NCBI GenBank assembly: GCA_002256025.1
Contig: NKIB01010367.1
Span: forward strand, 1 to 64,000
DNA from: Asterionella formosa
Lineage: Eukaryota
Direction: 5' to 3'
DNA: 64,000 bases
Every line of letters starts with the position of its first letter. Position 1 is the first letter of the stretch. Under the pieces are notes generated by a model that was not told where the DNA came from, ran no database searches, and was given only the letters and a program-made list of their open reading frames with translations. This document shows positions 12,986-25,375 of the stretch, piece by piece. Position numbers and translations under genes: made by a program.

Positions 12986-12989
12986 CTAA

Positions 12990-13265
12990 GTACGAGGTGA
13001 CAATAGATACCAATGTCAACTTGTTTGCACGAGAACAACATGTTGCGTCCCCTCCATCAGCAATAGATACCAATGTCGTCAACTTATCTGTACAAGAAAA
13101 TGCTGTAGCCTGAGTACAAGGTGACAATAGATACCAATGTCACCTTGTTTGTAAGAGAAAGTGTTATTGCGTCCCCTTCATCACCAACAGAGGATACCAA
13201 TGCCACATTGTTGTATGACTACGTGATATTGCGTACCTCAATCACTTTTAGATATACCAAAGTCA
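12990..13265. repeat. Degenerate tandem array, ~62-bp period, about 5 units
   Basis: Core caatagataccaatgtc at ~13001, 13061 and 13125, with degenerate copies at ~13190 and ~13250. Confidence 0.75.
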
Positions 13266-13292
13266 CTACCAGTACCTAATCCTATCCCTATC

Positions 13293-13545
13293 ATGGGCAT
13301 GATTCAAATTCAAATCAATCGTACACTTAGTACGTTTACATACAGATATCTGTGCAACATACCGGTATATAGGTATCATTATGATGGAAATGATTTAAAT
13401 TCAAATCAATCGTATACTGGTACGTACGTTTACATGCAAAAATATGCGTGCTGCATATATAGGTATCCCTATGATGAGCATGATTTAAATTCAAATCAAT
13501 CATGTACATACGTTTATATACAAAAACATCTGTGCAACATATTGG
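13293..13545. repeat. Tandem array, ~90-bp period, 3 units
   Basis: atgatt(c/t)aaattcaaatcaatc...tacgttta(c/t)at at ~13299, 13390 and 13480. Confidence 0.85.
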
Positions 13546-13947
13546 TACTAGTACAATAGATGATACAATAGACAGTAGTACCTGGTACCAGTACTCACAC
13601 AACAGTAGACTTGCACATGCATATCCATATATGCATATCAATCATGTCTTCTAAACTATAGATTGCTACAGCAGATATGTACATATACCCATGTACGACT
13701 TTCCTACTCATTCAACATCATTAATGATTCAAATTGAGATTGACCAGTTGTTGATGTTTGCAGCTAGTGATAGTATACATGTATCGATGTATATATACAG
13801 ACAACATTCTCTATGACAATAAATATTATTCATATTAGATGATAAATCGAATTTATATGATCATATATGATCGCCATTGTAAGATGCATCACACAAATTA
13901 GATGTTTTCTATTTGCAGATGGAACTAAAACTTTCCATAGCACTCCC

Positions 13948-15506
13948 ATGGCGAAATTGACCAAGCAGTGCATTGCAAACTCAGCAGAAGAATCTATAAT
14001 TGTGAGAAGGGTAGAAAGAAAGAAATCCAAATGAGCAGACAAAAACTCACCAACCTGCACAATCGAGAGGTGGAAGGAGGCGCTTGGTATCCCTCATGCT
14101 GTTGATATTAAGAAAGAAACAGTTAGATCAAGTGCAAAAAGATTCAATCCCAGAGTTCTGAAAGAAGCAGTAACCTCACCAATGTTGAAAGTCGAACCAT
14201 ATATTGTTGAGCTAATTGATCAGCTGTCGAAAATCAGGTTGCCAATCACATGTCGTAAGGGACTTCAACTTGCAAACTCACTTATTTCTGGGAAGTCCGT
14301 TTTGAAATCAGTTGAACAATGGAGAAAGAGATATTGCATTTCATTCAGAGACCAAGAAGATGGATTGAAAGACACAAAGGGACTGGGAATGGGTTACTGG
14401 AGGGGTTTATGAAAAGGAATGGTCACCACAAAGTCAAGGGAAAGAAGGGAGTGAAATTCGATTGTAAGCGGGCTGACTGGTGTACACATACAAACTCCGA
14501 ACTGATGTATAACGAGACATACAAGGAAATGGTAAAGGGAGGAATTGCAGAAGAGTTAGACAAGGAGGTGTGGCTCAATAAAGAGGTCACATAGTCGCCA
14601 CTGAAAAGAAGTCATTTGGAATGAAGACCAAATACATGTTGAAGCATCCAGGGAAGTTACTGTTTGTTGATGAAGTTGGTAGCAATACATCTCAAGCAAA
14701 GTATGGTCAAATTGGAGGGGAGAAGTTGCTTACTGTGGGGTCAGAGTCAAGACCGCAAACATGAAGTGCCCAAAAGGATGCTCATTTCACTGTGTTAGTA
14801 TTTACAACATCTGATGGCAAACCTGTGATGTGTGCGATAATATTTGCATCAAAACAATTGGAAACAGGGTGGGTGCAGGGCCTTGACCCCTTTGGTGAAT
14901 GGAATGGAGAGCATGATGACCTGATTTCGAATTCTGGAACTGGTAAACGCTATCTCCAGGGACCTGTGTGTATGCTGAATGGAATCACCATGCCAACCAT
15001 GTGCTGCTGCTCCGAATCTGGCTCAATCACGGCGGAACTATTAGTTGCAATGCTCCAAAAATGGAGAAAATGTAAATGAGAATGCAAGGAAAAGGAAGGA
15101 AATAGAACAAGCCGCAATTGTCCAGCACAAAAGGATGAATGCAGGGCTGCATTTTGCTGTTGGAAATACAAGTTTGGGTCCAACTTTACTTGCACACATG
15201 CGGGAGACTCCTCGTTCGAGACAGCAAATTGTTCGGAACCAAAAGGAGAAAAAAGCAAATGAAAGATCCGTTGCAATCGAAGCCAAGTTTCAGTAATTGA
15301 GAGGAACTGGAAAGGTTGTTGCTGACAATTATACCTGTGCTGAGCTGAAGACATTGGTCTTTTGGTTCAAACGTGAAGGTGATGCACCAGTTCCAACAAC
15401 AAGACCGAATCTATTAACCCAGTACCTTAATACAGATCACAGAGGAGATCAGATGCCGCCATTTCCAAACATGTTGATAGCAGAGGAGAATGATGCTGTG
15501 GCATAA
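13948..15506 (+). pseudogene. pogo/Fot1-like (DDE_1) DNA transposase relic with internal deletion
   Basis: CENP-B-type HTH end GMGYWRG/FMKRN; first catalytic motif LLFVDEVGSNT; HFTVLVFTTSDGKPVMCAIIF; SESGSITAELL. The second/third Asp region is missing. Stops and frameshifts. Confidence 0.75.
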
Positions 15507-15763
15507 GTGATGCTGGTACACTGGTACAACCAGACACCAGACAGCCTCGGAGTGTTCAGGGGATAGAAAGTACCAGTACCTGAAAGCAGAGAAGGGAATA
15601 AACACGAGAAGCGCAACAAAAGAAGCAAATAATCGAGTTCATGTCAGTCCATAATATATTCAAGTGTTGATGTCAAAAAAAGATTTTAGGTAAAAACAAA
15701 CAGGATAACCCGTGTTCACGCATGAATATAAAAATATTTTCAGGCATGTTAAAATTTTCATAT

Positions 15764-15979
15764 ACTGCATTGACCCACGGAAGCTGAGTTTTATGTCTCT
15801 ATAAATGTTGATAACTTCTGAAACATATGTTCAATTTAACTAGGAACAGAATGCTAATGTACCGACGCCTCGCCTTACTATGACATCAAAACCTCCAAAC
15901 AAATTTCAGAGATAGGCAAGATAAGTGTTAGTCGAATTAATCAAACGAAAGGGATAAAACAGTGCTGGGTCAATGCAGT
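15764..15979. mobile_element. MITE-like element, 216 bp, with 14-bp perfect terminal inverted repeats
   Basis: actgcattgaccca (15764-15777) is the exact reverse complement of tgggtcaatgcagt (15966-15979). Non-coding interior. Confidence 0.65.
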
Positions 15980-15987
15980 TTTTAACT

Positions 15988-16099
15988 GGTACTGGTACTG
16001 ATTTTACCAACCAGTAGTCAGTACATCTAATATGTGTGGTTCAAGTGTGGCTGGCGAGATTTTACAAGACCGGGATACTTCAGCGAATCTGGAGCAGGT
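15988..16099 (+). repeat. ~110-bp dispersed repeat, also at 50220-50322; abuts the truncation point of the Copia 5' LTR
   Basis: catctaata.gtgtggttcaagtgtggctggcg.gattt(t)acaagacc.ggatact.cag..aatctggagc.ggt present at both loci. Confidence 0.85.
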
Positions 16100-16256
16100 A
16101 ATAGAGTCAGATCAATCCTACAACATTCTCCTAAATTCACCGTGATCCTTCGATCCACTGCCTAGTACCTACGTTGCTGAGTATATATATCAAGATATAA
16201 ATACTATTTTTCAATAAGTCAAACTCCTTTCAGGTTAATCTACGACTTCTCTTTCA
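16099..16256 (+). repeat. Copia 5' LTR (only the last 158 bp remain)
   Basis: Aligns without gaps to 25119-25276, 8 mismatches by manual count; ends tttca. Confidence 0.9.
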
Positions 16257-16259
16257 AGT

Positions 16260-16280
16260 GGTTGTGAGCCCAAAACGCTT
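16260..16280 (+). promoter_or_regulatory. Primer-binding site complementary to the anticodon arm of initiator tRNA-Met
   Basis: ggttgtgagcccaaaacgctt, 3 nt after the LTR. Resembles the GGTTATG(G/A)GCCC half-tRNA PBS of Drosophila copia-type elements. Confidence 0.75.
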
Positions 16281-16409
16281 ATACCTGCGCATTCTTCAGT
16301 TGGTTTCTCCTGCTCCTTTGTTCCCAGAGCCATTTTCTAAAACCAGTTCATTTTCTTGTCCCAGCAACACTGTCAAACTTCTTTCAGCAAATTTCATTGT
16401 ATAGTCTTT

Positions 16410-16625
16410 CATTGTTACCCAGTATTGCCCCTTGAGACAATCGCCCGGTCCTTTTTTCTCCTCTCTTTCTTTCTTTTTGCAAACTTCATCACATTTTCTT
16501 TCATTGTTACCTGGCATTGCCCCTTGAGGCGATCGCCCGGTCCTCTTTTCATCTCTCTTTCTTTTTTTAATTACCCAGTATTGCCCACTGAGACAATTGC
16601 CCAGCTCTTTTTTTACTTTTCTTCA
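16410..16625 (+). repeat. Three imperfect repeats in the Copia 5' leader
   Basis: ttacc(ca/tg)g(t/c)attgccc...tgag(a/g)c(a/g)at(c/t)gccc followed by pyrimidine tracts at ~16415, 16507 and 16571. Confidence 0.75.
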
Positions 16626-16681
16626 CTCTCTTCTTTTATCAATGCTTTCTTATCTTTCCCATACACTCCCACTTCCTTACA

Positions 16682-18302
16682 ATGTCAGTATCCACTACTA
16701 TTACGACTATTCTACCTACCAAGTTTGGCAAAGTGACCAGTGGTACTGTTGTCAAACGGTACTCTGGTGGGCAACTGAATGATGACTTTACTATCACCAA
16801 GAAACCAATGTTGTCTCCTTACCAGATCCATTCAGATGATTCCAGGAACATCAAGACCGCATTTGAGTTTTTTTACTCAAAAACATGAAAAGGTATACAA
16901 TGGCCCCAATGGTGACCCTATCAACAATCTCGCTCTTGCCCAGCTCTGCACTCTTAGTATTTACAATGATGCAGAGACTGGCGGTGTGGAAACTTTCCTC
17001 TATGCCCCTGACAGTTCTGGTAAAGTATGGTGTATGACCAGACACCATACTTGACTTACTTTTGAAGAGACAAAGAAATATGTTGATCATTGTATTGGTC
17101 TCGAGACATTCACATCTGACATTGACACTAAAACTGAAAATCCCACAGCTGATTCTCTCACCAAGTTATGTCAGATTTTTGATGATCCGGCATTGGATGA
17201 TTCTTCCCACCTCTGGCGTCTGATTGTTTCCTACATTTCCCCAAACCTCCTAACAGGTCTCCTTGAACGTCTTGAAGATTATGGGAATCGTGGTCCAGGC
17301 CGCCTCCTCTGGATGGCCTTACTAATGAATGAAGTCGCCTCTGGTTCACCTCAGGCAATGGATAGCATCTTGGAAACTTTTAAGAAGATCCAACTTTCTG
17401 ATTACCCTGGCAAAAATGTCCGCCTCATTGTCCATGATATTCAAGCTTCATTTAACCTACTAAAGAGTGGACAGTGTCTTCTTATCACTGCCTCCAGCAT
17501 TGTTGCTACCAAGCTCCTACTCTGTCAAGTTGAGGAATTTCGTGCTGTATTCTATACAATCTCTGTCAAGATTGATACTGAAGAACGGGGTCTCATGGGT
17601 AAAGATAATGCTGCCTTGTCAAATTCCAGGCTACCCCAAGTGGTGTTAAGACATTTCTTGATATAGCTAGCACTCACTCAGTACAAACGTCTCATTGACA
17701 ATGAACGATGGCCACCTTCCCGAACTGTACCCAAGAAGCAGTCAGATTCCCTACCAGATGCATTCCAGGCTACAGTTTTTCCTACTGCTTTTCAAGCCGT
17801 TGCTGATGAACTTAAAGCCATCCGCAAAGATTTTGAGATCAAGCCTAGTGGGGCTGGCCGAGACCTCTCTAAAACTACTTGCTACAAGTGTGGCACACTT
17901 GGTCATCTTTGTCCCAACTGTCCTGACAAGACAACCACTTACCCTGAGAACTCTTGGCAAAATGTTCCTCCTACTTATGGAAAGGCTTCTATGACCAAAG
18001 TTGGTTGCCAGTGGCATTGGTCCAACAAATGCCGTGGAAGGGAAGGGTGTTGGTTTACTACTCATGGCACTGAGACTCACAAAGGGAGTCCCAAAACTGT
18101 TACCTTTACTGTTGCTGCCAACCTTGCTGGAGTTGCCGAGGAGTCTCCAGCAGAAGATGGGGTTTTGATGTTCAATCCTGCTGGTTTTGTTGCATCTTGC
18201 TATGGCCATGAATTTGATTGGTCTTCAATTGCTACTATACCTGTGACAGCCTTTCCTTCTCCAATTATTTCTGCAACTCCTGATACTGCGGTCCCAACCT
18301 GA
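16682..18302 (+). pseudogene. Copia gag, frameshifted
   Basis: GPGRLLWMALLMNEV, LSDYPGKNV; zinc knuckle CYKCGTLGHLCPNC (CX2CX4HX4C) at ~17880-17921; second motif WHWSNKC..GCWFTTHGTETH. Confidence 0.8.
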
Positions 18303-18788
18303 AAAACCTGCCAACAGAAATGTGTTTCTGTTGGCCATCCTACTACAATTCTTGATATATTGTATCGTCCTAGAGAAAGCAATGTCAAGCTCCAGACAGG
18401 CCTTTCCAGTTAATATGATGATCATCAGTGGATTCATGTACAGTATGTGGTTCACTGCATTGTTACTTGGTGCTTTCTTCTGGGCTTTTCTGGATCCCTA
18501 GCTAGAATGTTACACAAGCAGTTTTTGTCTCTACATACAAAACTGCTTATGTCCTACCCTCTCTAAGTAAACCTCCTGACTTAACTCATCCTGATCTTTC
18601 CCTTGAGAAAGATGATTTTTTTCAGTTTGGCTTTGGCATCCATTCCAATAGTGTTGTTAATCAAATGTCTCCATCTGACTTGGACTAACACTTTGACCAC
18701 TCCTCTCTTGCCTCATTTGGTTTGGTTCTTCCTCTGCCTCCTACAACTGCCCACTGTTTGTGCTCCCACTCTGAATCAATGAGAAATT

Positions 18789-19751
18789 ATGACTGCCCAA
18801 GTGTCTTTCTCATCAATGAAGGACTTTCCCTGGCATTCCTGGATTCCAATGACATCACTGCGTCATCAAATCAGCTTTACTTCAGAAAAGACCATTCATT
18901 CGAAAATGCGTTTCGAAAATTGGGCATACAATCAAGGTGTCTTAGTTCAAAAATATACTGCTGATAATGGCATTTTTGGCGCTCGCGAATTTACTAGTGA
19001 AATTACTGCCAAAGGTCAAATTGTGAAATATTGTGGGGTTGGATCTCATCATCAAAATACAACCATATGCCAAAACAAAATCTGGTCAATCCCCCCTTGA
19101 TATTTTCACAAGTACCATTGTGCCTCGTCATGGAATTAAAGATTTTCATGTCTGGGGTTGCCCTTGTTATGTACTGGACCCCACTTTACAGAATGGTCAT
19201 AAACTTACTCGTTGGCAACCTAAATCTCGTCGTGTGATTTTATGGGAATCTCTCCTTTTCATAGTAGCAATGTCCCCCTAGTACTGAACCTAAAAACAGG
19301 TACCATTTCGCCTCAGTATCACGAGGTTTTTAATGACTTCTTTGCCACTGTTATGTCCATCTGTGATTCTGATGATCCTCCAGCTCACTGGGAAAATTTA
19401 TTTCTTGAATCCCGGTTTCATATTGAAATTGATGAACACGAACATGTTTCCTTACATGTTGATTGGTTAACTTCCAGTGAACAAAATGACTTTCAACATC
19501 ACAAACAGATGCAAGCGAAAATCTTACCTTGTATGAATATAACTAAGGATGAATTGCCAACAAATAAGAGGGAGATTCCTCTGGTTCCCCTGCCTATTGT
19601 GGTGGCTCCTTCAGCCCATGAAGAGCCTGCTGTTAGTAGTTCATCTACCTCTGGCTCTGCTATGGCTGTTCAGAGTGGTCTTCCTACTACCTATATCCAT
19701 CCAGATGATGTTCGATTTCAGCAGCCTTATCAGAACGTTGTTCCTGCTTAG
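18789..19751 (+). pseudogene. Copia integrase core fragment plus SH3-like C-terminal domain
   Basis: YTADNGIF...CGVGSHHQN; HVWGCPCYVLDPTLQ...RWQPKSR; GISPFHSSNVPLVLNLKTGTISPQYH. Protease and HHCC domain not found, apparently deleted. Confidence 0.85.
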
Positions 19752-19759
19752 CTAAAATT

Positions 19760-22700
19760 GAACCATCAATTTTTAAAAAGGTTGTGAGTTTCATTTTCAA
19801 GACCAAGAAGTTTTACTGTGAACATCTAAGTTTGATGTTAATGTTCGTGAATTGCAGGTACTGTATTTAAAACAGAATATCAAATGTGCTTTTTTCTTGT
19901 CCCAAAAGAGAATCAAGCATCCCGCCCTGCTATCTGGTCCAAGTAGTATGAAAGGCATTTCCAATCACAAAAAGGATTGGTTTGCCCAATGTTGCCTAAC
20001 TCGGCTGTACACAGTGAAACCGGATTTAGGCAAAGAAGTAAAGAGCGACCCAGAAGCCTGCCGATTTCATATGGAATGGTTCTGATGCACTACTTCCGAT
20101 GAATCAGACGATTTAACGTATCAACAAGGCATGTTTAGATTACATCAAATCAACATTTGGTGGCATGTGCATTAAAAAGTTGAGAGAATGTCAGAATGTA
20201 TTGAATAATCAATTTAAAGGAATCATAGGTAAGTTCTTGCAGGGAGATGCTCTGAAAGCATGATGTTTTGAGTCGGTGATTATATTCTTATCAAATATGT
20301 TTGAATTAAAAATGCTAACATAATCCATGACACACCAGCTGGTCTAACAGAATATAACTTCCAGACTATGAACATTGATGACTTTATTAGTTGGGCGTTC
20401 ATGCTTTATCGTTTTGCGCAGTCAAAGGACGACATTGACAGGGGAAGACAAGGATACCAAGTCTGGAGAAATGTTCTTGCTCCAGTGTATTTTATAGGCA
20501 GGACAAGCCTTGGGGTACCATTTTTAACAGAGGACAAATCTGGCGTGACCAAATTTCAACTCAGTCTTCGGGCATAGTGTGAATTGCAATCACATTTATT
20601 GGTTTGCTGATCAATGCGAGTACAGACGAAGCATTTTGCTTCTTGGTGCTGAAAGGAAAATTCAGATTTGCAACCAAAATGGTTGGGTTTCAATCCAGAT
20701 ACCCATGAAATGTCAGAGAACGATATTCGTCAGCATTCTACTGATTTTGTCGACATTGATAGAAAGTTCAGTTTCAAATGGTCTCACTGATCAATGGACT
20801 AATGATTTACTCGTTTATTATAAGGAAGTCTGCACTGGAATTTCACAAAAGAATCGATCTGAATATGAAAGGAATCCTAATGGAATTGATACTTCCACCA
20901 CAAATATCATCTATCCACACTCATACTTCTCATTTCCCAACGTAAGTGAAGAGGATATGCATCAATTTGTTGAACCACTTCAACCAAATGTTACTGAGAA
21001 GAATATTGATTACAATGACAGCATTAATCAACGGGACATTGATGACGACATTGATTTTGAATGGATCTAATAGAATCCAATGCATTCTTAGTTACATAAG
21101 AAATATAGTTAGTTAGGCTTACACAATTGAAACCATACCATAAATGTTAAGAAGATCTGAATTTTTTATGAAAAAAGCATTGATGCTCCTCTATACTAGC
21201 TAGGAGTGCCGCCTATATGTATTCCTCCATTTTTCCTATGGTGGAGTGATAATTTCCCGATTCTGTTATGTCCAGCACAGCATGTTCGGAGTGATGCCAA
21301 ATTAATCTTTATAATTTTATTTTCATTCTATCCTGTTCATATCTTGACTTTGTCATCATTTTGAATTTTCAATGTCTTTGCGGACATTGCAATGGTCTTA
21401 TCTGTGTAACTACAAATTTACGAAAGAATAAATCCCCATCTGAGTCTTACAATATGAATCTGTTCAAATTAACTAATCTTTGAGTGAATTCAAAGGAATC
21501 TTCGATTGATTTCATAAGTTTCTTCATCTTCTTTTCCGAAAACATGAAGTCGTGTAGTGCAAATGACGGAAGTAAGTCATGTTTCTTGTTTGACTGATCC
21601 TTTCCACGACGAAATCCATTAAATGCCATTTGGAAAGTTGTCAAAGGGCTAGGAGACTATGATGTAAATCAGTGGAGGGTAAATCCGGAGCTTTTGTGGC
21701 TCTTGAGGTGTTGCAACTGGTGTGATTGTAACCGAGTGTAATAATTGTTGAACAGGAGCACAGTTTAGTATGTTGCGCTAGCGACACAAGCTATAGTGTT
21801 CACACAATATATATAACAAGGAACAACGACACAACAATGCACGTGATGGCCGGCTGTGGACAGAGATATGGATTGATGCATATCATATTTTCGTGATGTA
21901 TATGTCAATGCATCTGCATAGTACTTAGATTCTATTTGCAATATGATACTATCATATCAATTTTTTGCTTTTACGGTATGCATTTAAAGTTGAACAAATA
22001 TATAAACATATATATTTTATGATCAATCAATCTTTTTTCCATGATGTATTGATAACACTTGTGTACATATTTTATCGTATTTTATTATCATTGAATAATT
22101 ATAACCTGATCATGTTTTGATTAGGAATAAATGATAAACATTTTAATAAATCATCATATTTTATGATCAATGTATCATAGCTATGTGATAGACATTATTC
22201 AATATCACGTATAATATTTTGGTGATGTATGTATCGACATAACCCTATTGTAATATCATATTATCATCTTATCAATCATTCAATGTTGATTGGTTGGGAA
22301 CCACTGTATACTGCATTGTACTACGGAGTATAGTATAACACTGTAAGTCACTGATGTACATACAGTATCATACTACCTGTAATGTGCACAAGTCGACAGT
22401 GTACATACGCACACACTAAGGTTTGAGGCAACAGACAGTTCCAACGAGCGAATAACCATATGGTTACCAAATTTTCCAGTGGCAAACCACAATGATGAAA
22501 GACACTCGTCCCTCTATTGATGACGACACAGACACCGGGTTTTCCAGGAGCAAACAACAATGAAGAGAGCCACTTGTCGCTCTATTGATGGTAACAAAGA
22601 TGTGGACAAGTTCAACAGTGAGTACAATAACAACATCCCAAATGCGGAAACGAGCGATATGAAAAAGAAATCGAAATCAGAATCATTCTATAAATATGTG

Positions 22701-22890
22701 GACAGCAGTCTGTTACATTTTCGTATCTCCTTCTATGCTGAATCTCAATTGTAGATGTAGTATCATGAGAGAATTGAAAATGTCAACAAGAACAAGTAGA
22801 ATGAATGTGCTTGTTGACGAGTTGACTGGCGAGATTGTAATGCAGGTGGTCGACAAAACGGATTTACTATGTGCGCTGTGTGCTGAACCA
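19760..22890. other. Unidentified ~3.1 kb insertion between integrase and RT of the Copia element
   Basis: Abrupt loss of Copia-like coding and composition; very AT-rich core at 21860-22290; Copia linker resumes near 22890. Boundaries approximate. Confidence 0.65.
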
Positions 22891-23098
22891 TTCCAAGTTC
22901 GAATGATTTCTTTTCTGTCAAGAATGTTCCTATCATGGCTGCTCATTCTACTAAACCAGCAATTCCTGGCCATGATCTGCCTACTATTTCTACCTCAAAT
23001 TTACATGTACCTCCAACTCCACCTGTTCACACAATTTCTATTAGCATGAACCAGCTGTAATTTCTACACCTTGCCGTATTACCAGGACAAACTTCGGC

Positions 23099-24860
23099 GT
23101 GTTTGGTACTCGTTATGTCCCTGAAGGCCACCTTGCCCATGCTTTCTTCTCCCAATTGGTTGAAGAAAGTGACACCCATGGCTTTGACTCCGATTTGGCC
23201 TACCTGGCTGCTGTTATGACAGATCCAACAACAGGTCTCTTGGAGTGTTCTAACCCACTTGTCTACTATGCTTCAATGGCATGTCGCAATGATCCAGATA
23301 ATCCTAGATACCATGATGCCATGGCTAGTATTGATCACGAATCTTTTAAAGCTGCGATGGTCACTGAGACTGTTGCTCTCACATCAAAGAAAACCTGGAC
23401 TTTAGTGGCAGGTCAATCAGTTCAGGGTCAAAATATCTTACCTGGCATTTGGGCTTTCAAACGTAAGTTGTTTCCAGATGGCAGCTTACATAAATGCAAG
23501 GCTCGGGTTTTGTGTACATGGAGATCTGCAAGTTGAAGGAGTGGACTTCTTTGAGAAATATGCTCCGGTTGTCCAATGGTCCACAGTTTGTGCTTTACTG
23601 GTGATATACATTGTGTTAAACCTTGAGACTCAGCAAATCGATTTTAGTAGTAATTTCTTCTGTCAAGCGGACATTGATGAAGATGTATATGTTCAAATGC
23701 CCAAAGATTTTGGTGATCTGATCCCAGGGGGAGAGACATGGTACTTCGGTTAAATAAATGATAGTATGAAAGAAGGGCACCTAGGACTTGGTTCCTAAAA
23801 TTGAAGGAATGTCTTGAGCAACGGGGTTTCACACAGTCATTGTTAGACCCATGCCTTTTTATTCACGCTGACATGCACTGGTCTACCTGGTATATGTGGA
23901 TGATTCGATTCTTATTGGTCGTGATAGGACCAAGATTGATGCTATGATTGAAAATTTGGCTATTGACCTAGAATTGACTCAAGAAGGAGATCTAGCTACT
24001 TTTCTGGGTATCCAAATGAACAAATCAACTGAAAACGGTTCATTTAAACTTACACAAGAGGGTCTGATCAAGCGTGTTCTGCAAGCTACTGGCGTTGAAG
24101 ACTGTCGGGCTAGCTCTACTCCAGCCAATAAGGAGACTCTAGGAGCTAGGAACAGATAAGGATGGTCTGCCTACAACTGAAACATGGAACTACCGGTCTG
24201 TGGTGGGGATGCTACTTTACTTGGCCTCTAATTCTCGTCCTGACATTGCTTTTGCTGTTCATCAGTGTGCTCGCTTTTCTCATTGTCATCGTGCTTCTCA
24301 TGAAATAGCAGTGAAGAAAATTTGTCGGTATCTTAAAGGCAGTTTTGATCAAGGAATTTCTTTACTCCTACTCCTGATGCCTTTGACATTGAATGTTATT
24401 GTGACAGTGACTTTGTTGGGCTCTTTGGTGCAGAAGACTCTACTGATCCAGTCTGTTCTCGCTCTCAAACTGGCTATATCACAACCCTTGCTGGTTGTCC
24501 CCTCCTCTGGGTGTCCAAATTACAAACTACCACTGCACTATCTACAATGGAAGCAGAATATCAGGCTGTTTCTACCAGTTGTTGGGACCTCATTCCTCCC
24601 CATCACAGCATCATTCAAGAAGCATCTACAGCCCTACACATTGGTAAAGGTTCAGCTGTTCGATCTTTTTCAAAGGTCTATGAAGATAATAGTGCATGCC
24701 TGTCCCAAGCTACTATGCCAAAGATGACTCCTCATACTAAGCACATTGCTGTAGCTTATCATTGGTTTCGTGAATATGTCCTTTCCAGAGTTCTTCATAT
24801 TGTCAAGGTGGATACTGCAGCCAACCTCGCTGATATCTTTACAAAAGGTATGTGGTTGGT
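23099..24860 (+). pseudogene. Copia reverse transcriptase and RNase H, frameshifted
   Basis: ILPGIWAFKRK, KYAPVVQWSTV, QADIDEDVYVQMP, DPCLF, YVDD at ~23892, SRPDIAFAVHQCARF, SKLQTTTALSTMEAEY, YEDNSAC, TKHIAVAYHWFRE, NLADIFTKG. Confidence 0.92.
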
Positions 24861-24874
24861 GACTGTTTGCTCTG

Positions 24875-24900
24875 CTGAGGGGGAGACTGAGGGGGAGAGT
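24875..24900 (+). promoter_or_regulatory. Polypurine tract (tandemly duplicated)
   Basis: ctgagggggaga twice, immediately before the 3' LTR. Confidence 0.8.
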
Positions 24901-25276
24901 TGAAACAGACAAGTCAAATGAATCTTGTTTGTGTCTCCAAATTAGTCCAGTCATGACCTTTTTGGGTCTAGTCATGAACATGAATCAATCTTTACTCATG
25001 TATGAATCAATCTTTGAGTCTTGTCATGAACATGAGTCAATTTACTCATATATGACTTAGTTTTGTTTGTTTGGTTTGCTTAAAGATAATTCTATAAGCT
25101 CACTTTATTTGGAAATACTAATAGAGTCAGATCTATCCTACAACATTCTCCTAAATTCACTGTGATCCTTTGATCCACTGCCTAGCACCTATGTTGCTGA
25201 GTATATATATCAAGATATATATACTATTTTTCAATAAGTCGAACTCCTTTCAGGTTAATCTATGACTTCTCTTTCA
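24901..25276 (+). repeat. Copia 3' LTR, ~376 bp
   Basis: Starts TGAAA right after the PPT and ends TTTCA (alternative end ttca at 25282). Internal atgaatcaatcttt repeats. Confidence 0.88.
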
Positions 25277-25375
25277 AGTTCAGGTCGACTTTTTGGAGGA
25301 GGATTGCTCTACATATACAGGGTTTCATGAAGAATGAAATAGATAACCGTGTACCCTATAACGTCAGGATTTAAC

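Larger units (their letters stand above)
16099..25276 (+). mobile_element. Ty1/Copia LTR retrotransposon (diatom CoDi-like), decayed, with internal deletions and a ~3.1 kb insert
   Basis: LTR pair, PBS, gag zinc knuckle, integrase, RT, RNase H and PPT in Copia order (IN before RT). Confidence 0.95.

Noticed and set aside
19759..22891. hAT transposon defined by an 8-bp TSD (tgaaccat)
   Set aside because: No terminal inverted repeats inside the duplication and no hAT transposase motifs.
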